Positions 42,763 to 55,837 are shown, counted from the whole stretch's first letter. The stretch: 63,934 bases of DNA, filler included, from Octopus bimaculoides (GCF_001194135.2; 6 parts of 6 records of this genome joined end to end with filler, not necessarily neighbours in it); one strand, 5' to 3'. Made by a program: numbers and translations. The notes: a model not told the origin generated them from the letters alone.

Positions 42763-42987
42763 CAGTAATCCCTCGACTATCGCGGGTTTTACGTTCTAAA
42801 AACCCCCACAGGAATAATTAAAATCTAATAAAATATATACACTTATCGGCTGCAGATATACTGAGGAGTCCATGGTAAAAATTTACATATATTAGCCAGA
42901 AAAATCCGCGATGTACTAAGTGCCCGATAGATGAACTGCAATGTAATTGAGGGCGCGATAAATGAACTGCAATATGACAGATTACTG
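42763..42987. mobile_element. Tc1/mariner-pogo (Tigger-like) MITE
   Basis: TA|CAGTAATCCCTCGACTATCGCGG ... GATTACTG|TA, with TA duplication and a degenerate right TIR. Confidence 0.75.
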
Positions 42988-43134
42988 TATATGTTACTTT
43001 TGTGTATATAAGTATATATAAGTTTGAATATGTTACTTTTACGCCGGTAACAGATTCTTAATGAAATGCATGAAAACGGTCTTCTGGTTTTGCTCATATT
43101 TCTACGGATATTTTAGGGGTTGCACGAGGGTGGG

Positions 43135-43350
43135 GGTCTGGCAGAATCGATAGAAAACCAGGCAAAATGCTTAGTGGTATTTCGTTTGCCTTTACGTTCT
43201 GAGTTCAGACCCCAGTGCCTAACTAACACTTATTTAATCGACCCTGAAAGGCAAAGTCGACCTCGTCGGAATTTGAACTTAGAACGTAACGAAAGCCGAA
43301 ATACCGCCAAGCATTCCGGTCGGTGTGCTGACGATTCTGCCAGCTCGCCG
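43135..43350. mobile_element. Two partial SINE family B copies in opposite orientation
   Basis: Plus-strand head at 43135-43207 abuts a minus-strand copy at 43210-43350. Confidence 0.7.
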
Positions 43351-43980
43351 TCTCGACCATTACGGATAGCTGGTTATACCTCATGTACGCTGTCTTCCGG
43401 ATTTTGTTTAAGGCTTTTTCAGGATTATTCTGAGTATTACGTGAGTTGGATGAGGAATCGCAATCCTGAAATAATTGGAGATTACTTTGCCTGCGAATCA
43501 CTAACCAGCGAGGGAATCCAGAATGTCCACCATTCGCCTATCAAGCTGATTTTATTGCAAATGCCCGTTCTCCCATGCTTCACTGTGTCACCAAGAATAT
43601 TGTCCACCCCTGTTGATATTCCGTCTTTCAGTGACCTTACTGGATTCTAAATTCTTCTGGCCTCACTAGCTAATCATCCTCGTTTGATAATTTCATTTAA
43701 TTCGGGACATTTGAGCCTCTAATTCTCTGCTAATTGGATAGCTTTTACCAACTCACTCTCCATCTCTCTATTAGTTCTTTTGCTTCAATAAGTGGGGTCC
43801 TTTTTTCAACTTCCGCCTTTGACAGTGTTTACTGTTGGCATACGTTATTTAGTGAGGTCTTTTACCAGATGGTGTCAGTTGCTTCCTTGTGTTGTTATAA
43901 GAAACTCTGTTTTCAATACCTACATGTCCATTCGCTTCTTTCAATCTCCTCTTAATTTATATACTGTTCTTCCTAGATTG
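43350..43980 (-). mobile_element. RTE-clade LINE ORF2 fragment (pre-RT to RT domains 0-1)
   Basis: Minus strand reads VRSLKDGISTGVDNI...VKHG...ICNKI...GEW..FW..SL, then GNLQ and ILRIIL, as in RTE/BovB-like ORF2. Confidence 0.8.
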
Positions 43981-44109
43981 TTTATATTATGATTTTATTT
44001 ACCCCATGTATCTGCACGGGGATTAACACATACTTTAAGAAATTATTATTTCTTATATTTAATTGTTTATGTTATGGTTTTATTTACTCCATGTAGCCTG
44101 ACTCTGTCG

Positions 44110-44372
44110 ACACCCTGTACATGTGCGTGTTTGTGTATGTGTGAGTTTGTGTATGTGTGAGTTTGTGTACACATGTTTGCGTGTCTTTGTGCCTGTTAAT
44201 CCGTTTCCACTGCTTAACAAACGGTCCTGGTGTGTTTATATCCCGTAACTTAGCGGTTCAGCAACAGAGACGGAAGGAAAATAATGAAATAGTTGCGTCC
44301 ATTCGTTCGAACAAAATTTTTCAAGGCGTGTCACAACATAGCTGCAGTCTAACGACCAAAACAAGTAAAGAA
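44110..44372 (+). mobile_element. SINE family C 3' part (locally duplicated at 45560-45725)
   Basis: Family C body and tail. It shares the non-consensus stretch gagacggaaggaaaataatgaaatagttgcgtcc with the second copy. Confidence 0.75.
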
Positions 44373-44778
44373 TTTTTAAAAAAAACAAAAAAAAAAAAAC
44401 AACGAAAAAATATAATATAAAAATCCAAATGTGCCAACCACTACAGTGACTGGCCTTCATTCACACGCTTGATGTTGATCATGGCGTGATAAATTCACAA
44501 ATGTTGTTGGAGAAATAAGAAAGTGAAGACCACTTTGACATAACTCGCTCACCTATTTGGAACGTCCATATAAACGACCTATGGCAGACTTTTAAGTGTA
44601 AAGATTATTAATGGAACCCGTCCAAAACCCACTTCAATCTGAACTTGAACTGGTGACTTTGCGTTGGCAGGAAAAGAAAATTAGTTGCGTATATTCAAAT
44701 TTGTTTCTACCCAACTAATAAGCTCTCAGGTATTCGTTGTTTCCTTATCTCCGCCATCTCTCTTTCCCTTTCTCTCTC

Positions 44779-44816
<38 letters not shown>

Positions 44817-44839
44817 GCGATATACATATGTGTGTGTAT

Positions 44840-44922
<83 letters not shown>

Positions 44923-44983
44923 TCTCTCTCTCTCCCTTTCCCTCTCTTTCTTCATCTGTATGTTTCTGTTTGTTTACTTTGTG

Positions 44984-45307
44984 AAAGCGTGTGCCTTAGT
45001 GGTTAGGACATACAATTCACGATAGTAAGGTCGTGAGTTCAATTCCCGGCAACACGCCGTGTCCTTGAGCAAGACACTTTATTTCACATCGCTCCAGTCC
45101 ACATAGCTGGCAAAAATGAGTAGTACCTGTAATCCAAAGGGGCCAACCTTGTCACACTCTGTATCACGCTGAATCTCCCCCGAGAACTACGTTAAGGGTA
45201 CGCATGTCTGTGGAGTGCTCAGCCACTTGCACGTTAATTTCACGAGCAAGCTGTTCCGTTGATTGTATCACCTGCGACCCTCGTCGTCATAACCGATGTA
45301 GTGCTCC
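44984..45307 (+). mobile_element. SINE family A, full length
   Basis: Matches 1683-1990. Confidence 0.85.
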
Positions 45308-45724
45308 TATTCTTTACTTTACGCAGGTTGTGTGGTTTAGAATCTTGCTTTGCAGCCGACTGATCTAGACTTCAGTCCATTTGCACGGCTCCTTCGACAA
45401 GGTTTTTGTCCATCAACCCCCAGGCCAGCCAATAATTTTCTCTACTGGAGACACAAGGACTCAGATTTTTGGGAAGGGGACCAGTTGATTACATCGATCC
45501 CAGTATTTCACTGGTATTTAATTTGGTAGATGGAGACTGAAATTACCCCATCGTATATACATGTGTGTGTTTGTGTATGTGTGAGTTTGTGTACACATGT
45601 TTGCGTGTCTTAGTGTCTGTTAACTCCCTTCTACTGCTTAACAAACGGTGCTGGTGTGTTTATAGCCCGTAACTTACCGGTTCAGCAACAGAGACGGAAG
45701 GAAAATAATGAAATAGTTGCGTCC

Positions 45725-45852
45725 GTTCGCTCGAAAGGATGAAAAGCAAAGTAGCTCATAGGTGGAATTTGAAATCAGAACGTAGCGACGGGAGAAATAC
45801 CGCTAAGCATTTCGTCAAACACGCTAACGATTCTGCCAGCTCGCTGCCTTTC
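45725..45852 (-). mobile_element. SINE family B 5' part
   Basis: aataccgctaagcatttcgtc...gctaacgattctgccagctcgctgcctt. Confidence 0.75.
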
Positions 45853-45914
45853 GGGCCCGCCAATAATAGAAACGAGTGGAACACCGTCATTTAATTGTGT
45901 GTGTGTGTGCGTGC

Positions 45915-45950
<36 letters not shown>

Positions 45951-47302
45951 GCGTGCGTGCGTGCGTGCGTGCGTGTTTTATCTTTGTGCTTTTTCTTCTG
46001 TTTATCTCCCACCAAAAGGTAGCGAGGTCAATTTGTTCAATTAAATCTTTTGAGGTGGTGCCCGTTGAAGGCCGCAGTCCAGTGATTGAAACAACTATAT
46101 GACAGAAGCTAAAACATTTGAAGAGAAGATAAATATTTGCAACGAATATGGCTTGCTAACATGACCCACGATTTCACTGATTGCCTGAGATGTCTATGTA
46201 GTCGCATGTTGACGTAGATGTGCACTGTACTCTTCCACCCTTTCATCCACAGGCACATCGAGGATGCGACAGCTCTACGGGGAAAGAGAGGCGAAGAAAG
46301 AGTTGTCTCAACACTCAGATGTCACGTGCATACAGCTGAAATGGCTGAAACAAATTAAATAAAGCGTTCTGCTTAAATTACTGAACGTACCGCTTGACCC
46401 TGAAATTGAACCCACGTCATTATGATCTTAAGCCATACACCATTACCACTACTCCCCGTACTTTGACATGCAAGGTGTCCATTACCTTTTGCATTTACAT
46501 TTAGAAAATACAATATATTGTAAAGATAATTTATGGACACACTCTATTTGTATAGTATAAGTAATTGGCTATGTAGAGTTTTGTTAGTTTATACTGAAGA
46601 AGTACGGTATGCAGAAACAAGCTGTCTTTGAGTGTAGAACTAGTATGAAATATTAACTAGTAAATGTCTGTGCGATAAAACAACTTGAGTCAATAATAAT
46701 GATGCTTTTGAAGCAGAGATTAAACAAAGTAGTCTTTAATATACTTTTCTCTGAGACACGAATAATGGTGAACCGAAATTGCCCTGCTGATACGTACGTG
46801 CATACATGTATACATACATACACATAAACACACGCACATACACACAAACACAAACTTAAATGCATGCGTACATGCAAACACAAATACATGTATACACATG
46901 CATACATAGACATACATACACACACGCACATACAAATGAATGCATGCATATATAAATCATTCATATACATATATACATACAGACATTCACACACACAAAC
47001 ACACACACATACATACGAGTGAGTGAACAAACAACGAAAGGCAAAGGCACTGAAAGGGACATATAGTACGAATTACATGTTAAAATGCGTTTGATTCGGG
47101 CACTATGTAAGTTTCAAGACTTCTTGCAGAAGTCCAGCTCGTCGGGGTCAGTTCACCGAAGGGAAAGATACAGGAAGTCTAAGATGGCTACTGGGAACTG
47201 AACTTTTATTGGTCAAGGTGGGTCACATGGTTTTATGAAAAAGGAGATCGACATTCCATAGATATATATATATATATATATATGTTCAGTACGTATATGT
47301 GT

Positions 47303-47492
47303 GAAGTCGCATGGCTCAGTGGTTAGAGCGTCGAGCTTACAACCGTGAGGTTGTGAGTTCTATTCCCGGACCGGGCTGCGTGTTGTGTTCTTGAGCAAGA
47401 CACTTTATTTCACGTTGCTCCAGTTAACTCAGCTGTAGAAATGAGTTACGACTTCACTGATGCCAAGCTGTATCTCACTTTTGCCTTTCCCT
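47303..47492 (+). mobile_element. tRNA-derived SINE, family A head with a different 3' body
   Basis: tggctcagtggttagagc...gagttctattccc...cttgagcaagacactttatttcac, then gaaatgagttacgac...gccaagctgtatc. Confidence 0.75.
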
Positions 47493-47665
47493 TGTTTTTT
47501 TTGGGTTTTTTTCGTGTTCAAAAACCATTATTATTATTATTATTGTCATTGTTATTATTATTATCATTGTTTGCTAAGGTCAATGTAATCAACTTGCTCC
47601 TTTCTCTTAAAGTTGTTGACCTTGTGCAAAACAATAAGAAAGAATTATTGTTGCTGTCGTTTAGG

Positions 47666-47988
47666 GTCACTCCGTCGGTTACGATGATGAGGGTTCCAGT
47701 TGATCCGATCAACGGAACAGCTTGCTCGTGGAATTAACGTGCAAGTGGCTGAGCACTCCACAGACACGTGTACCCTTTACGCAGTTCTCAAGGAGATTCA
47801 GCGTGACACAGAGTGTGACAAGGCTGGCCCTTTGAAATACAGGTACCACTCATTTTTGTCTGCTGAGTGGACTGGAGCAACGTGAAATAAAATGTCTTAC
47901 TCGAGGACACAACGCGTCGCCGGGAATTGAACTCACGACCTTACGATGGTGAACCGAATGCCCCTAACCACAAAGCCACGCGTCTTCA
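47666..47988 (-). mobile_element. SINE family A, full length
   Basis: Reverse complement of 44984-45307. Confidence 0.85.
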
Positions 47989-48189
47989 CTCTGTCGCTTA
48001 ATATCCCTGCGAAAGTACTTAATGCTCAACAGAAAAATATTTACAAGCAAATTTAAGATATTTCCTTTTCAAAAGTACGTTTCCAACATGTTTCTGATAT
48101 TTTTTTTTTAATCAGGATCTTATCTAAATTATTGTTACTACGTATTCTCCTGGAGAATTTAGAATTTTTGCGGACCAATTTCAAAGACA

Positions 48190-48700
48190 CAGAAAAGTCG
48201 ACTTCGGTGGAATTAGAACACCGAACATAAAGGCAACCGAAATACCGATAAGAATTTTGCCAACGCACTAACGACTATTCCAGCTCGCTGCCTTCAAACA
48301 CTTAATTTTTTTTCTCTCTTTCAAGGTGGTGAGCTGGCACGATCATTAGCACGTCCGACAAAACGCTTAGCGTTCAAATTTCGCCGAGATCGACTTAGCC
48401 TTTCATCCTTTCGAGGTTGATAAAATAAGTTCTAGTTTATCACTTTGGGCGATGTAACCCACTTACCCCACACCCGAATTTGCTGGCTCAGTGCCAGAAT
48501 TTCATATCAATAATTTCTAACTTTAATACATGTTCAGGAGTTTCGAGAAAGGGAACAATCGATTAGATCGATACACCTCAGTATTTAACTGGTACTTAAT
48601 TATTTTATCGATCACGGAAGAATAAAAGAGAAATCTAACCGCAGCATAATTTGAAAACTGACAGTAAAATGCCGGAACGTTTACTGCATGGCATTTTGTC
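48190..48700. mobile_element. Cluster of three partial SINE family B copies (-, +, -)
   Basis: 48190-48295 (-), 48322-48510 (+), 48540-48700 (-). Confidence 0.7.
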
Positions 48701-49566
48701 CGTTCTGCTAAGGCATACGCCAAAATATTTTGCAATGTCTACCGAACTGAATCAAAAGTAATAATTATTCGATTTTTTTTTTCTTTTTGTTTAGATTTCT
48801 TTGCCAGACTGTGTTATAGATTGGTGGCGATGCCAACGTTTGTTTGTAATGAGCTGCAAAATACTGGCAAATCTTTCCGTAAATATATTGGCCAAAGCTA
48901 TCGTGGTTTTGTTAAAATGGTGCTAAGTTATGGAAGATTCGATTGTATCTTTCTTCACACCGGTTCCAGAACGCCGGATATTGTGGGGGTGGAGGAGGCG
49001 GGGGAGGAGTCGGGGCGGCGTCTGTGATTATTATTCTATCGATCANNNNNNNNNNNNNNNNNNNNNNNNNNNNNNNNNNNNNNNNNNNNNNNNNNNNNNN
49101 NNNNNNNNNNNNNNNNNNNNNNNNNNNNNNNNNNNNNNNNNNNNNNNNNNNNNNNNNNNNNNNNNNNNNNNNNNNNNNNNNNNNNNNNNNNNNNNNNNNN
49201 NNNNNNNNNNNNNNNNNNNNNNNNNNNNNNNNNNNNNNNNNNNNNNNNNNNNNNNNNNNNNNNNNNNNNNNNNNNNNNNNNNNNNNNNNNNNNNNNNNNN
49301 NNNNNNNNNNNNNNNNNNNNNNNNNNNNNNNNNNNNNNNNNNNNNNNNNNNNNNNNNNNNNNNNNNNNNNNNNNNNNNNNNNNNNNNNNNNNNNNNNNNN
49401 NNNNNNNNNNNNNNNNNNNNNNNNNNNNNNNNNNNNNNNNNNNNNNNNNNNNNNNNNNNNNNNNNNNNNNNNGCATTTAAGGTAATGCTCACATTACTTA
49501 AATAAATTGAAGTAGCATGAAACGTGCGTACTGCAATCACTTTTGAAATCCGTGTTGCTTATTATT

Positions 49567-49608
<42 letters not shown>

Positions 49609-49969
49609 ATGCTTAGCGCTGTCATCCCATATCTCATTTACGATGAGCCGCTAAAGAGCGTAGCTAGACATTGAGTGATGACGGGAATATCATAAGAGGG
49701 ATCTGTCTCTCGTGTCATTTCGCAGCGTCTACCTTTGCGGTCTCTGTTGCTGAAGAGGAGATAATCACTCCGATGTGCATGCGTCCTACAATTTGGTTGG
49801 AGAGTGCTGTTAGGTGACTCGGTATATTTATCCCTAGTTCTCTACAGAGAGAAGTTTTCATCATGACAAGCAGCAGAGAATGGTTTTCTTACGGGTTCGA
49901 ATAAGCTTCAAGCATACTTGAACTGGTAACAAGTTTGTACTCATACACATCACTGGTTGGTGGTCGGTT

Positions 49970-50349
49970 GGCACTCCGTCGGTTACGACGACGAGGGTTC
50001 AAGTTGATCCAATCAACGGAACAGCCTGCTCGTGAAATTAGCGTGCAAGTGGCTGCGCACTCCACAGACACTTGTACCCTTAACGTAGTTATCGGGGAGA
50101 TTCAGCGTGACACAGTGTGACAAGGCTGGCCCTTTGAATTACAGGCACAACAGAAACAGGAAGAAAGAGTGAGAGAAAGTTGTGGTGAAGGAGTACAGCA
50201 GGGTTCGCCACCATTCCCTGCCGGAGCCTCGTGGAACTTTAGGTGTTTTCGCTCAATAAACACTCACAACGCCCCCGGTCTGGGAATCGAAACCGCGATC
50301 CTACGACCGCGAGTCCGCTGCACTAACCACTGGGCCATTGCGCCTCCAC
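49970..50349 (-). mobile_element. Composite SINE: family A 3' body under a different tRNA head
   Basis: 49970-50140 is the family A body. 50250-50349 reads tggaggcgcaatggcccagtggttagtgcagc...ggtttcgattccc on the minus strand. Confidence 0.8.
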
Positions 50350-50539
50350 ACACATCACTATACGTCAGAGTTTTGTAAAGCTATTAGTGCACAACCCCAT
50401 TGTTAGTCACTGGTTTATTATTATTATTTATGCAGAAAATTCCGATACACTTAATCATTTTTTATGTGGTTACAACATTCCACAATTCCGTTACAACTAA
50501 CGTCAAAACAAACATTTCCATAGATTCGCCATGGAGATC

Positions 50540-50880
50540 GAAGAAATAGCCAGTCTAGCAGTAATACCAGAATGGCTAGTATTTTTTGCTCATTTATTAT
50601 CAGTTCAGAAATTTATCTTGGCCAAATTCCATCCGTATGTTCTTCAAAATGTCGTAACTAGGTCATATCTTTCATATATTTGGCATATCACCATTAGATT
50701 GACTTATTACCATCAAGGAACAATCTATGGTGTTTCTGTCTTAGAGTGGAAATTATGCTGTTGATCCCGGTTGGGGAACCATCAAAGTAAATCTCTCTCT
50801 CCTCGTAGAATTCGAATATTTTACTGTAGAATACAACTGTCTAGTGCCATTTCTTTCTGTTCCACAGATGCCTGAATGCC
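50540..50880 (-). mobile_element. Decayed R4/Dong-type reverse transcriptase fragment
   Basis: Minus strand YMKD (for YMDD), then NIRMEFGQDK matching the DI.MEFG.DKC block. Confidence 0.5.
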
Positions 50881-50894
50881 AATTCAGCTTTTGT

Positions 50895-51112
50895 ATTGGT
50901 TTCGAAATATGGCACAAGGTCAGCAATTACTGTGGTAATGGTTGTTAGGTCTATTACATTGACACCAGTGCTCAACTTGCACGTATTTTATCGACCTCGA
51001 CCGGATGAAATGCAAAGTCGACCTCAGCGGAATTTGAACACAGAACGTAAAACGGACGAAAAAACGCTAAGCATGTTGCCCGGCATGTTAACAACTGTGT
51101 CACCTCACCGCC
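50895..51112 (-). mobile_element. SINE family B, decayed
   Basis: gcaaagtcgacctcagcggaatttgaacacagaacgtaaa...gctaagc. Confidence 0.7.
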
Positions 51113-51634
51113 CTAATCCAGATTACACATTGAAGCACATGTCGAAATAGGTAGTGAGAAATTTGTGTTTATCTGCGTATATGCGTGCGTGTGTATTTGT
51201 GTGTGTGTGTGCGTGTGTGAGTGTGTGAAATTAATCTCGGTCTGTTTCGACTTGTTTCTCTTTTAACGCGCATGTACCAAAGCGCAAATGCATGCAGCCG
51301 AAGTCTGAAAGTCAGTGATATAATTTGACACACGAACATACATACATATATCTACATGTGTGTGTATGTGTCTATAAATGCATACATACATACATATATC
51401 TACATGTGTGTNNNNNNNNNNNNNNNNNNNNNNNNNNNNNNNNNNNNNNNNNNNNNNNNNNNNNNNNNNNNNNNNNNNNNNNNNNNNNNNNNNNNNNNNN
51501 NNNNNNNNNNNNNNNNNNNNNNNTATATATATACACACACAGATATATGTGCATGTGTGTGTGTCAGCAATATATATATATATACGTGTTTGTGTGTGTG
51601 TATATGTACTTTGCGTTAATTTTGACCTATTAAT

Positions 51635-51665
<31 letters not shown>

Positions 51666-51896
51666 GTAAATATTCATCGTCTAAAAGTCCTCAGACTTTG
51701 CATTCTGTTTGCTTATATGCACATCCAGTTTACATATTGAAGTGCTTATTGAAATATTTGTGTGTGTATGTGTGTGTAATTAAATATGGCAGCTGTTTAG
51801 CAATGTATCACCGAAAAAGGGGAAAGCTTTAATTCTCATTAAATACGACAGATGATGTTGGAACAACTACAATGCTAGAAATAAGAGCTATAAGAC

Positions 51897-51994
51897 CTAC
51901 GGCAGTACATATTCTAAAATTGAAACCGTACAGAGAAGATTAGCATGACCCTTGCGCAAGGATGACACGCAAATTCGTGAAGCATTGCATATTT
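51897..51994 (+). pseudogene. U6: U6 snRNA retrocopy/pseudogene
   Basis: c.tacggcagtacatattctaaaattgaaaccgtACAGAGAagattagcatgacccttgcgcaaggatgacacgcaaattcgtgaagcattgcatattt aligns to U6 with about 8 substitutions. The ACAGAGA box (51930-51936) is intact, the 5' stem is decayed and the end has only 3 T. Confidence 0.92.
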
Positions 51995-52060
51995 AAAATA
52001 AAGGCGATGCACCAGCATGGCCGTAGTCAGAGGACTGAAACAGGTTTAAAAATAAAAGTA
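51995..52060 (+). mobile_element. SINE family C 3' tail fused to U6
   Basis: aaggcgatgcaccagcatggccgtagtc...gactgaaaca...aataaaag matches the tails at 7338-7390 and 12715-12775. Confidence 0.85.
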
Positions 52061-52578
52061 TATAATTTTAAGGTGGGGGGGGGGGGAATTTTCTCCGCTG
52101 AAACTTCATTGGTTGAAAAATGTCTAGCTTTAATTTTTTTTTAATCAGTCAACTCATTTGCAGCCATTTTCTGTGTACATAAACACGTAACTTCAACAAC
52201 TCATAAGTTACGTCTTCTGTATGTACATATGTTCGTTTTAAATATGGCTTTTATTCAAATGCTTTTAACGAGACATAAAAAATCTGTTTAAAAATCTGTC
52301 GTTTTATATGCATTATCATATATCTGTATGTGAAGGCGCGTGACTGCTTGGTGGAGGTGTTGCATTTACGATTACACGATTACGCGATAGTGGGTTTCAG
52401 TTTCTGGCCCTAGTAGGGCGTTGTGTTCTTGAGTAAAATACTTCGTCTCGCGTTGCTCTGCGATCGCATCGACATCTGACATTTGGTACACCGTGCATCT
52501 GTTCAGACATCGTAGATTTCACGCAGTGGAATGATAAAATGCACAGCACAAACCCTTTTGATCACTAGAAACGAGTCA

Positions 52579-52815
52579 GACGGCGATCTGGCAGAAACGT
52601 TAGCACGTCGGGTGAAATGCTTAGCGGTATTTCGTCTGTCGCTACGTTCTGAGTTCAAATTCCACCGAGGTCAACTTTGTCTTTCATACTTTCGGGGTCG
52701 ATAAATTAAGTACCAGTTACACACTGGGATCGATGTAATCGACTTAATCCCTTTTTCTGTCCTTGTTTGTCCCCTCTATGTTCATCCCCTTGTGGGCAAT
52801 AAAGAAATAAGAAAC
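52579..52815 (+). mobile_element. SINE family B, full length
   Basis: Matches 26896-27130 and 39437-39669. Confidence 0.85.
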
Positions 52816-53149
52816 GAATCAATTGGGCAGTTGTTCGACAAGAAATGGCCGCACTGTCTTTCTGAGATTACGAGAGACTGCCATTGTACGGGGAAAGTTT
52901 CATAATTACTCAAGGAACATCTAGACTTTAACAACTTCATTTCCTGTCACAGCCCAGCTATATTGATACGCATACGTCCGTAAAATATGTGAGGCTAGAA
53001 AGCAAATGTCGAACTTCGATCCTGTCTGCTTTGTCCGCATTGATTGTGTATCTGCACCGTGCACGTTTGCACCGGACCCGTTTGGACCCACAATCTGGAC
53101 GTAACAAGCCATGGTATACAACAAATTGCAAAAACAAATATCATCACAA

Positions 53150-53550
53150 AATGCTTAGCGGCATTTCATCCGTCTTTGTTTTCCGAGTTCAAATTCCGCA
53201 GATGTTGACGTTAATCTTTCATTTCTTTCGGTATTGGTAAAATAAGTACTGGGGTCAATGTAAGCAACTGGTCCCTTCCAACTAAATTTAAAGCTTTGTG
53301 CCTATAATAGAAAAAATATTTTTAATAACTTCATTTAGGTGGCGAACTGGTTTCGCAGCATTTCGTCCGTCTCTCCGTTATGAGTATAAATTCCGCCTAG
53401 GTGGACTTTACTTTTCATCCTTTCGGGGGTCGATAAGATAAGTACCAGTTAAGCACTGAGATCGGTGTAATCGACGTATCCTATCCCCACCCTCATCACC
53501 ACCCCCAAACAAAAACTGCTGGCCTAGTGCCAAAGTTTGAAACCGATATT
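53150..53550 (+). mobile_element. Two decayed SINE family B copies with the alternative tail
   Basis: 53150-53310 and 53335-53550; the tail is gccttgtg/gcctagtg...tttgaaac-type. Confidence 0.7.
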
Positions 53551-54591
53551 AAGAACTTAATTAAGTTCACAGATATTGTGTTGGCTTGTCTATCAGCAAA
53601 GAATAAATAAATAAATAAATAAATAAATAAATGCAAAAGGCACAGGTTCCGATGCGGTTCTGTTCATCTGCCGGGCAACTTTGTCATCCGACCTTGGTAG
53701 ACACTCGCAGAATCTAGGGTCTGCGAGAATACAAACCGGCATCGGTAGTGGATACAGACACGTGCGTACACACAGACACACACACACACACACACACACG
53801 CAGATAGAGAGAGAGAGAGAGGGAGAGAGAGAGAGAGAAATAGATAGATAGATAGATAGATAGATAAAGTTTGATACAAAAATATATTGATATATACAGA
53901 CAGACAGATGGCTGTATACATGTACTCATCCATATATATATATGTAAATGAAATATTCAAGCACTGAGATTTGAAGTTAGATGTCACTACTGTTCATATC
54001 ATCTGTGAATAAATTCAAAATTTGATGATATCACCAGTAGTAGCATGGGTGGAACGCAGTTATGATAGCTTTAAGGTGCTATGAAATATAAATTTGCACG
54101 AAGCGTAATGATGCTTAATAAGCATCTACCTGCTAGAAATAAGAGCCAAGTCTTAAATGATCCACCGTAGCGCACCAATATAACAGAGAAAAACAGTATG
54201 CGAGGAAAACAGAAAGAATTAAAACATTTAACAGCACAAATAAAAAATATTATGCAATTAGGGATATCCACAAACCNNNNNNNNNNNNNNNNNNNNNNNN
54301 NNNNNNNNNNNNNNNNNNNNNNNNNNNNNNNNNNNNNNNNNNNNNNNNNNNNNNNNNNNNNNNNNNNNNNNNNNNNNNNNNNNNNNNNNNNNNNNNNNNN
54401 NNNNNNNNNNNNNNNNNNNNNNNNNNNNNNNNNNNNNNNNNNNNNNNNNNNNNNNNNNNNNNNNNNNNNNNNNNNNNNNNNNNNNNNNNNNNNNNNNNNN
54501 NNNNNNNNNNNNNNNGCTATGAAATATAAATTTGCACGAAGCGTAATGATGCTTAATAAGCATCTACCTGCTAGAAATAAGAGCCAAGTCT

Positions 54592-54629
<38 letters not shown>

Positions 54630-55837
54630 TATATAAGGAGAGAGAGGTAGAGAAAGAAAGAATGTGTGTGTATGTGCGTTATATTCAATAAAGTACTTAA
54701 ATATGTAGGTGTGTGTGTGTGCGTACAATTTTGCATGAATTCCTCTAATACGTTAGATTACTTACAGTACTTACCAGCGGAGAATTGCTGTTTGTGGCCA
54801 TTTAAACAATTAAGAGTATATATCAAAACCACTAAACATTTTATCGGAAATCATTTGCAGATAGACAGAGTAAATCTTTAAAAATCATAAACACTTTTCG
54901 TTTGTCCATGTTGAAATAACGATTTATTTATTTATTTATTTTTCTTTTCCTCTTTATATTCTATAACCTCTTCTCTTCGTTTCTGTCTTGCTAGTTTCAC
55001 TTTCATTTTCGTTTTTTCATTCTCGTTGCGCCACACCTCTCCCATTTCACCACAGCTGCCGTCGCCGCCGTCTTTAGCATCACACCTTTTATTTTATTTT
55101 TTAAATATTTTTTCTTCTAAACATTTCTAGTTGTTATTGTCGTTATGGTAAATTTTAGTGCCATGATTGGTACACGAAGATTGTAACGGTTGGTATTAGT
55201 ATTGCATGAAATGAAATGAAAAATATCAGTGCAAATATATTGACCTGACATTAGCGGAATTATGTATATGTTTCCCAACCTATGCTATTTCTTCTTCTTC
55301 TCTACTTCCTCTTTTTATTCTTCCTCTTCATCTTTCTCCTCATTTCTTCTCCTCCTTCTTCCTCTTCTTCTTGAACCTCCTCCTTTTCTTATTCTTCCTC
55401 GTTTTCTTCCTTTCTCAACGTTTCTTAGTATTTATTATGTTACAATTTCTTATGGTTGTCTTCTATCATTGGATTTAAAGAGAGGATGCACAAACGTTTG
55501 TCAACCTATATATAGATAGATTGATAGATAGTTTAAGACGCAAACAAGCCGACGTACAAACAGACAGCAAGGGAGGGATGGAGGTATTTGAGCCTAAGCA
55601 GTACAAACTTAGTCCATGCGTAATGAGTTATTGAATTACTGAAAGTGCAACCTAATCAGTGTTCAAGATTTACGTTTATGCGAAATAAACAAACGGGGAA
55701 AATAGTCGTCAAATATTCTATATTTACAAGTTATATCGATGATCATCGAAATCTTTCAGTTATTTTTCACTTTGTCAGCCGCTGTTGAACTAAAGTCAGG
55801 CTTTTAACCAGTAGATATTTAGCAGTTTTGTTATTTC

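Noticed and set aside
51897-51994. Functional U6 snRNA gene
   Set aside because: The 5' stem is lost, there are several substitutions, there is no T4+ terminator or evident upstream TATA/PSE, and it is fused to a retroposon tail.
54078-54596. About 80-bp exact duplication either side of a gap (54078-54158, 54516-54596)
   Set aside because: Same pattern as at 23.5 kb; probably an assembly or haplotype artefact.
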